Assembly: GCA_951406725.2 (NCBI GenBank)
Contig: OX597836.1
Location: 19,778,001-19,842,000, forward strand
DNA from: Octopus vulgaris
Taxonomy: Eukaryota
Direction: 5' to 3'
Length of the DNA: 64,000 nucleotides
Position numbers and translations under genes: made by a program. The notes below the pieces were generated by a model. The model did not search any database and was not told where the DNA came from. It saw nothing but the letters and a program-made list of their open reading frames with translations. How positions within the stretch are numbered: position 1 is the stretch's first letter; the number at the start of each line of letters is the position of its first letter. Positions 55,033 through 64,000 of the stretch are shown here, piece after piece.

Positions 55033-55245
55033 TTTAAGATAAAACTGGATCTCTTCCTGTCAGGTGTCCCAGATGAACCAACTTCACGGCAGGAGGTGCA
55101 GATGAGGGCAACTGCATCGAACTCTCTCATGCACCAAATGGCAATTGCTAAAAAACATTCGTGAAGTAAAATCATGTAGCAACACTGAATGGCGGTGCTC
55201 CAGTATGGCCACAGCTCGTGAGCTGAAACTAGATAAAATATAAAA
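55030..55245 (+). mobile_element. CR1/L2-group LINE 3' end
   Basis: FKIKLDLFLSGVPDEPT..RATASNSLMHQ followed by a 3' UTR ending ggcggtgctccagtatggccacagctcgtgagctgaaact. Confidence 0.7.
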
Positions 55246-55300
55246 ATATAAAAATATATAAAATATATATATATAGAGAGAGAGTGATAGATAGACAGAC

Positions 55301-55353
<53 letters not shown>

Positions 55354-56296
55354 TGTGTATTTTTGTGCCTCTTTGTCTGGACATCACATGATAGTTATAA
55401 ATGAACGTCACTGCTTTACGAGCTGAGTTGTTCATTTTCAATACTCATATCTGGCTATGAGGTAACATCGGTTTTAAATTTTGGCACAAAGCAAGCAGTT
55501 TACAGGAATGGAGTAAGTTTGATTACATCGACTCTAGTACTCAACCGGTACTTATTTTATCTGCTCCAAAAGGATGAAAAGCAAAGGTGATCTCGGCAGA
55601 ATTTGAACTCAGAACATAAAGACAAACAAAATGCCACTTATCATTTTGCCTGGTGTGCTAACAGTTCTGCCAGCTCGCTGCCTTGGCTATGAGGAAATAT
55701 TACCAGCGTGATTGTTAGCAACGTCTCTTCACTGGCACCTGTGCCGGTGGCACATGTAAAAAGATTCGAGCGAGGTCATTGCCAGTACCGCCTGACTGGC
55801 CCCCATGCCGGTGGCACGTAAAAAGCACCCATTACACTCTCAGAGTGGTTGGCGTTAGGAAGGGCATCCAGCTGTAGAAACTCTGCCAGATCAAGATTGG
55901 AGCCTGGTGCAGCCATCTGGCTCGCCAGCCCTCAGTCAAAATCGTCCAACCCATGCTAGCATGGAAAGCGGACGTTAAACGGCATGTGTAAAAAGATTCG
56001 AGCAAGGTCGTTGCCAGTACCGCCTGACTGGCCCCCATGTCGGTGGCACATAAAAAGCACCCATTACACTCTCAGAGTGGTTGGCGTTAGGAAGGGCATC
56101 CAGCTGTAGAAACTCTGCCAGATCAAGATTGGAGCCTGGTGCAGCCATCTGGCTCGCCAGCCCTCAGACAAAATCGTCCAACCCATGCTAGCATGGAAAG
56201 CGGACATTAAATGATGATGATGTCTCCTTATTGTACCTTTTACAGCTACATACATGTCAATATGTTATATTTTGTTCATATTTTTTCCATTAACAG

Positions 56297-56426
56297 GAGA
56301 GATTGACACCAGCAAGCGCATGTCCAGGTATCGATCCTGCTCACCAGGGCGTCGCAATGCCCTTATTGGAATGGAAGGTCAAGAATCGGCCAGCCAAAAT
56401 ATAATAAACAACAACCCTTATGGAAG
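56297..56426 (+). CDS. Next coding exon of the same host gene
   Basis: Acceptor ttttttccattaacAG. Phase-1 join gives GEIDTSKRMSRYRSCSPGRRNALIGMEGQESASQNIINNNPYG. Donor AG|GTAATT, phase 2. Confidence 0.75.
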
Positions 56427-58552
56427 GTAATTTGACTTATTTCTTTAAAATAACCAGCTCATTGAAGAAAAGTTTAGAATGTCAGGAGAAAAAAAATATA
56501 TTGCAGTATTATTTCTGCTTCTTTAACCCTTTAGTGTTTAAACTGGCCAAATCCGGCCCAATATATTCTACATGTTTTATATTCAAACTGGCGATGTCTA
56601 GCCTCTCACACCTAACCTACAATGCCATTTTAAAAATAAGTAACCACATCATTGAAACCTCAAAGCTGTAAGATGATCCAGGATTAATTCAAAACAATTT
56701 GAGTGAAAAAGTATTACATTTAACAGAGTAATCTGAACACTAAAGGGTTAAATTATGAGTTGAAATCCTCCTTGAACGAACTTTACCCTTCATCCTTCTA
56801 GATAACATAATATACCAGTCACATACTGGGGTCAATGATATCAATTACCTATTTCTTTACTACCCACAAGGGGCTAAATACAGAGGGGACAAACAAGGAC
56901 AGGCAAAGGGATTAAGTCGATTACATCGACCCCAGTGCGAAACTGGTACTTTATTTATCAACCCCGAAAGGATGAAAGGCAAAGTTGACCTTGGCGGAAT
57001 TTGAACTCAGAACGTAACGACAGACAAAATACCGCTAAGCATTTCACCTGGCGCGCTAATGTTTCTGCCAGCTCGCCGCCCTAATAACATAATATACCAG
57101 TCACATATTGGGGTCAATGATATCAATTACCACCTCCACTCTTCCCACTTGCCACTTAACTTTGAAATTGCTGGCTTTTTACCTTAATCAGAAATCATTG
57201 TCTTTGACTCCAGCATTTTAGGATGACAAAGCTGAATCACCAAGACATTTAACAGTGGAACAACATGACAGCATCACCGATCATCTTTTACTTGTTTCAG
57301 TCACTCAACTGTGGTCATGCTGCAGAACTGGCTTAACCCTTTAGCAGTCAGATTACTTTATAAAATGCAAAACTTATTTATTCACATCTTTTAAAATTAA
57401 TCATATATTATGTTGTAGCTTTGGGGTTTTGATGATGAGATCACTTATTTTTAAAATGACATTGTAGGGTAGGCATTAGATGCGGAATCTGGCCAATTTG
57501 AGCATAAAACAGGCAGAATATTTGAGCCAGTGATGGCTGGTTTAAATATTAAAGGGTTCAAAAGGTTTTAGTCAAACAAATTGACCTCTGTACACATTTT
57601 TTTTGTATTTTTTTAAAGCCTCAAACTTATTCTATCAGTCTCTTTTGCCAAACCACTATTTTATGAGCTTTTGAATGATTCTACCCTGCTGGCCAGGCAA
57701 GCAGGCCAACATTCTCACTGAATGGAATGCCAGTTTGTCATAGGGTTATCCATTTACAATCGAGTGGACTGGAGCAATATGAAATGGAGTTAATGACTTG
57801 TACGGAGACAGCATTTTGTTATGCAACCATAATATACTACAAACTATATTAGACAATTTTATGAGCCAATACCATGTACTACTGTGTTAGCAGTGCTCTT
57901 AAATCATCTGTTAAGGTCATCTCTACAGATTTTCCTTTGAAATTATAGCCAGCACTGATTTTGTTACGATGTTTCATATCTGAGATGTCAGATGTAAACA
58001 AACAATGAGATTGGGGATGAAAAATGGATAATGGGTGTATATGCCATGTTTTGGGAGAGTTTGCTTCTTCATCAACTCCCATCTAAGCTATTAATCATTC
58101 ATAAACTCATTGCTTAAATAGCCACTATATACAGTGGTGTAACATTATTGGATGTATATCAATTTACATATTAAACTCATTCCTGAAAGCTTGGTACATA
58201 AATTCTAATGACTTGTAAGGAGACAGCATTTTGTTATGCAACCATGATACACTACCAAAGTATATTAACCCTTTCGTTACTGTATTTATTTTGAGATGCT
58301 CTGTGTTTCTTCCAATTACTTTAAATATAACAAAGAATTTAGTAAAATGACTTAATTACAATTCAGCTAGTGTTAGGAACATAAATTGTGACTAAGATTT
58401 GGTGGAAGATTTAAATTCAAAACTTATGAAATCAAGATATTTTACTCAGAACCAGAGCCGGTTTCAGCCGGGTTGGTAACGAAAGGGTTAAACAGTTTTT
58501 TAAGTCAATATGATGTATTATTCTTCTCTTAATCTCTAGGAGGAGATTTCCA

Positions 58553-58557
<5 letters not shown>

Positions 58558-58600
<43 letters not shown>

Positions 58601-58693
58601 CACACACACACACTAACACACACACACTAACACACTAACACACACACACACATACACACACACTAACACACACTAACACACACACACACACAC

Positions 58694-58734
<41 letters not shown>

Positions 58735-58801
58735 CACACACACACTAACACACACACACTAACACACACACACACACACACACACTCACACACACACACA
58801 C

Positions 58802-58843
<42 letters not shown>
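58558..58843. repeat. (CA)n microsatellite punctuated by CTAA
   Basis: Direct reading. Confidence 0.95.
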
Positions 58844-58845
<2 letters not shown>

Positions 58846-61800
58846 TCGGCTTCCACAGTTTTCATCTCCTAGATTCACTCATAAGGCATCGGTACTGTAC
58901 TGTACAGTGGGATTGAACACAAAACCACATGGTTGTTAAGTGAGCTCAACCACGCAACCAAGCCTGCATCTATATTCACAGTTGTTTTCCTTCTCTCTTT
59001 TTATTCTTTTTATTATGGTGTTTGTTGAAAGTTTTAATGTATTTTATATACATTATTGCTGTTGTTTACATAAATAATCCTGTTTGAATCTTGAGAAAAT
59101 TAGATTACATTATATTTCAAAACCTAAATTTTGCAATTGAAATTTGATTGAAGGTTAATTCAAATCTGCTTGAATGTTAATTCAAATCTGTAATGTGATG
59201 CAAAGTGTTTTTTTTTTCCTTCTGTTTTTGCATCATAAAGCTGAGAATATATATGTTATTTGATACGGTATTGAGATATATACAGGGTGTCGTCTAAAGA
59301 TGGGACACATAATAGATGTTTTTACAAGATCATAGGCACTCACCCTGAATAAATATTTCCTTTCAGTCCTAACTTCTTGGATTTAAAATATGACCTACCA
59401 TTATGAATCACTCTGTATAAAGGCTGAGTTAAAAGGCACAAAAAGTTTAACTCATTTTAAAAATTATCTAGGTGCCATTGTGTCTGTGTAGTTAAAAAGT
59501 TTGCTTCCCAATCACTTGGTTTCAAGTTCAGTCCCACTGCATGGCACTTTGAGCAAGTGTCTTTTACCATAACTCTGAGCTGACTGGATTTTGGTAGATG
59601 GAAGCTAAAAGAAGTCCATTGTATATATATATATTTATCTTTATGTGTATTTGTGTTGCCTTGTCTTGACATCGTGTGATAGTTGTAAATGAGTGTCACT
59701 GTCATACAAGCAGAGTTGTTCATTTTCAGTTTTCTCTGGAAACATGCTTGGCTATGAGGAAACATTACCTTACTTGGAAACAGGTGAAGGTCTGCAACAT
59801 GAAGGGCATCAGGCTGTAGAAAACCTGCCTCAATCAACTCTGTCCAACCCATGCAAGCATGGAAAAGTGGACCTTAAAACATTAATGATGATGATGTAAC
59901 CATTTTATATGTACCAATATTTTAAAAACATCTTATAAAATATCTGAATATAATTTTCCCACACAACATATCTTTTATCCTTCTCTTGCTTCAGTCATTA
60001 GACTGGCCTTGTTGGGGCACTATCTTGAAGGGTTTTGTTTTACTCACACAAATCGACCCCATCATCATCATTTAGTGTCCACTTTCCATACTGGCATAAG
60101 TAACATGGTTTGGCTGGAACTGGTAAGCTGGAGAGCTGCACCAACTCTAGTCTGTTTTAGCTTGGTTTCTATGGCTGGATGCCCTTCCTAATGCCAACCA
60201 CTTGGTGCCTTTTATGGGTTTCTGGCAGGGGTGTCTTTTATGGGTCACCAGCACTGGTGCCTTTCAAGTGTCACTGGCACAGGTGCCTTTTGCATGTCAC
60301 TGGCACAAGTGCCTTTTATGTGCCACACATGTCACCAGCATGGGTGCCTTTTATGTATCACCCGCACTGGCCACGACTATGATTTGACTTAGCTTAATGT
60401 GTCTTCTCAAGCACAGCCAATTGCCAACAGTCTTGGTCACTTGTCATTGCCTCTGTGAGACAGGTAAAAGGCACAAGTACCAGTGGCACATAAAAGGTTC
60501 AGTTTTAATAAAAACCATATCCTCTATGTTGAGTGCTCCTTTCTCATTCACTCATTCATCCAACATTAAGCATTGTATACACACACACACACATGAATGG
60601 AATGAAAATCAAACTGACTAGTTCCATCTTTTTTTAAAGACTCATCAAGGATTGCTCATCTATAGCTTCTAAACTGTAAATACATAAATAAACAGAACCG
60701 TCCAGAATTTAGCTGATGTTTGACTGCTACCACGACAACCAATGTTATTTCTTGTTTAAAAGCTGAATCAACTGAGAGGTAGGGTTGTGAAATTTGAAGT
60801 AGGACATGGTGAACTTCTTCCAGACTAATTAATTTCCATCTATAAAAAATGTCCTGCTTCAGAAAATATTTAATTAATATTCTTCAGGTTATGTCATGCT
60901 GTAGATTTCCTAAAAGAATGAAATGGTTCTATACATGACTACTACTGACTAGAAATTTTAAACCTTGTAATAAGTCAGCAACAAAATAAAATAAATATGT
61001 GCATTCTATGCATCATTGAGCTTAATCTTTAATTTTAAATTCAAACATTTAATCTTGCCAAGAAATGATTATGGGGAATTACAACCGTGTTTTGTGGTCT
61101 GCTACCACAACAGCTCCATTATAGGATCCAGTTAGCTCAAGACATCATCAGGAGGAACCACGTCCGGTTTCGGCCCCTACTCCTCTACCGTTTTGACTTG
61201 GCGGGGCCCCCCACTTTCGGAGGTGTCTTCAGCTCTGGTGTTGGGTGCATGTCTTCCTTCTTCTTCTTTTTTCTGTTCCCTGGCCTCTTCAATGTATCGT
61301 CAGCGAGTGTCAGCTGGTGATTATCTCCCTTGTATTAACTGCTTGCTAGGGGGCACCACATATTTAACCCTTTAGCATTCACATTATTTTGTCATAAGTA
61401 ATGCTTATTTATTCACATTGCTTTGAATTAATCATGTCTTATCTTGTAGCTTTGAAATTTAGATGAGGTAACGGTTACTTTTTGGAATGATATTGTAGGG
61501 TTGGTGTGAGAGGCCAGATCTGACCAGTTTGAGCATAAAGCAGGTAGAATATTTTGGTCAGATATGGCTGGTTCAAATGCTAAAGGGTTGAAAGTTGGAT
61601 ATTTCCTACTTTAATTCATCTTGACCAACATCATGGCAAAAAAAAAAAGGAAAATCATATGGAAGCAAACACTTAAAATTTTTTTTTTTTTCTGACCCTT
61701 CAAGAATTTCAAGAACACCCTAGTACTGTGATTCTTAAAGTGAACACGACCACTTCTCATCCTCCCCAAATAATTCTCTATTTTTTTCAGAGGCTTGGGT

Positions 61801-63102
61801 GATATTTGCCACTTTGAGACTCTTAGGACCTGAGACTTATTCCTAAAGAGTATAAAAAGAACCAAATATTACAAGAATTTAATATCAACTGTGATCACAT
61901 GATCAATTAAATACCAGTTATATACAGGGCACCATTCCTTCTTCCTCCTCCCTTCCTCTTGTTCTTTTTCTTCTTGTTCATGTTCTGTTATTCTTTTTCT
62001 TCTATATTATCACCTCCATCATCTTTTTCTTCTTCCTCTTCTTTTTCTCCTCCTTCATCTCCTCTTCCCTCTCCTCCTTCTTCAGAATCAGCTACATGAA
62101 ATAACTAAGAAAGAGTTCAAATCCTGACCTCCACCATTCCTCTTACTATCGTGTGGGGCACACAACAAAACACAAAAAATGTCTTGTTATCAAAATAGCT
62201 CCCAACCCCTTCACAAGAAGGGCTCTGAATGGTAGAATCTGTAGACCATGCAGTATTTAGTTATATTCCACTATGTTCTTAATTCAAATTACACCACAAA
62301 CAACTTCTTTCTTTTCATATCCCTAGGCTTCCCCGTAGAGAGAAAATAATTTTGTATGTTTTCGTTATATTCTCAAAATATTTGTATTATTTTCTATTTA
62401 TTCTTTACAAGATATTTTTGCTGTCCTGAAATACATATTTTAAATACACTAACTGCAGTAGATATCTATCCACCTTTGTTCAAGTTAACTGTTGTCCCAG
62501 GGCCAATAAAACTGCCTGTGTTCCCCCACTTCCCAAATTTATAGCCTTGTGCCAAAATTAGAAACCATTATTGTTATGTTACAAAGCAGCAGGTGGCATG
62601 AAATAGCAGGGCATCAACCAAAATGTTTTGTTCTGTTCTTTTATATTCTGCCTTAAAAAAATCTCACTGGAATAGGGGTGATAAAAATAAATACCAATTC
62701 TAGTGAATCCTATGCTTTCCTCAAAAATGGTTGACCTTGTTCCCATGATAATTATCTATTATAAGTCACTGCATTATTTTAGGTTTTAATTTCATTTGTG
62801 AGATAGGGTGGCGAGCTGGCAGAAATGTTAGCATGCCGGGCGAAATGCGTACCCGTATTTCATCTGTCGTTACGTTCTGAGTTCAAATTCCGCCGAGGTC
62901 GACTTTGCCTTTCATCCTTTCGGGGTCGATAAATAAAGTACCAGTTTCCCACTGGAGTCGATGTAATCGACTTAATTCCTTTGTCTGTCCTTGTTTGTCC
63001 CCTCTATGTTTAGCCCCTTGTGGGCAGTAAAGAAATACATAATTACTTTATTTTTGTTGTTGAAAACAACTAATCTTATTTTCTTTAATATTTATTTTGC
63101 AG

Positions 63103-63262
63103 TACATAAGATTCGTTAATGTAATGTAGTGATCACCCTCTACAAGCTATGCAGCGCGGCGTTATAGGAGCTGAGCAGCAAAACAATGGGTTCCCTTTAT
63201 GTTGCCAGTCTACCAAATCTGCTAGTCATCTGAAACCATTTAGACAGAAAATAATGCAATAA
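63103..63262 (+). CDS. Possible terminal exon of the host gene
   Basis: A strong acceptor tttattttgcAG gives phase-2 S-T-stop. A weaker AG at 63128-63129 gives S-DHPLQAMQRGVIGAEQQ...KIMQ*. Confidence 0.3.
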
Positions 63263-63600
63263 ATTCTTTAAAAAGGCAACGAACCAATCGTTGTTGAAAT
63301 AAGCTCCTTCCAATAACATTTGCAAGTAAAAAAAAAAAAGCAGAAACAAAACAAAAAAAAAAAACATTATAAAACTTCTCTGATCCTTTCAGAGTAAGAA
63401 ATAATGAGAAATAAAAAAAATATTTTACACCATAAAAAAAAGCCTTCGGTTTCATTCCTTTATTAGCTAGATATTAATTAGTATTAATTAATTTATCAGA
63501 GTTGCAACACAGGAGTTGAATGCTCTTATCTGCTAGGCCCTGCTACAGTGACTTGAGATAGTAAATATGCTTGTTGCTTGTTTTGTTTTTGTGTTTTTTT

Positions 63601-63860
63601 GGATCTTTTCTATTCTGAAGCCAGTTTTTTCAAATTTTTCCTACTGAACCAAACAATTTGAAACTTCGTATACTGGTAGAATGTGTCAAAAGTAAACTTA
63701 ATTGTAAACCAGAATGAAAACGGAATTGTAACTTCTAAGTTTAACGTTGTTTAATAATTAGAATTTTAACCAATGATATTCCGTCATTCGGCTTTATTTT
63801 ATTTACTCCGTCTCGACCACCAATTTCGTGACGTATTAAACATCTTAAATGTAAACAAGC
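63601..63860. mobile_element. One end of a GGATC-terminus MITE relative
   Basis: ggatcttttc start and aaacttcgtatactggtagaatgtgt motif. The other TIR was not seen. Confidence 0.55.
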
Positions 63861-64000
63861 GTGTGTGAAGAGACAGAGAGAGTAATGTGTGAAAGAGAGA
63901 GATAACTGAAATTTTTTACTCGGTGTATGTGTATATGTATGTCTGCATGTATGTGTGTGTGTATGTATGTGTAAGTATGTGTGTGTGTGTATGTATGTGT

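Noticed and set aside
61125-61320. GC-richer segment as a host exon or minus-strand hammerhead (CTGAAGA...GAAACCGG)
   Set aside because: Weak acceptor and an atypical peptide. The hammerhead lacks the NUH triplet and stem I. Origin unresolved.

Overview
AT-rich, microsatellite-dense eukaryotic DNA. The SINE types and (TA)n/(CA)n/(CATA)n load suggest a cephalopod, probably Octopus (inference). It is mostly intronic or intergenic. Two phase-compatible + strand exons of an unidentified host gene lie at 53488-53785 and 56297-56426, and there is a candidate promoter with an RFX X-box near 8.4 kb. The rest is a mobile-element landscape: four tRNA- or RTE-related SINE types, Tx1/L1-, RTE-, R4/Dong- and CR1-group LINE fragments, Penelope-like element (PLE) remnants, a decayed hAT, hAT-, Merlin- and piggyBac-like MITEs, a mariner fragment and Helitrons. 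Four things stand out. (1) Several unrelated asymmetric foldback elements sit in (TA)n tracts, and their arms carry outward-facing type I hammerhead ribozyme motifs; solo hammerheads also occur. (2) A young Tx1-like LINE has two copies, both inside (ATCT)n microsatellites. (3) Two SINE/LINE pairs share 3' tails. (4) One SINE appears to insert into itself at a fixed site, building phased ~183-bp tandem arrays. Most long ORFs in the supplied track are microsatellite artefacts. All alignments and folds were done by eye.
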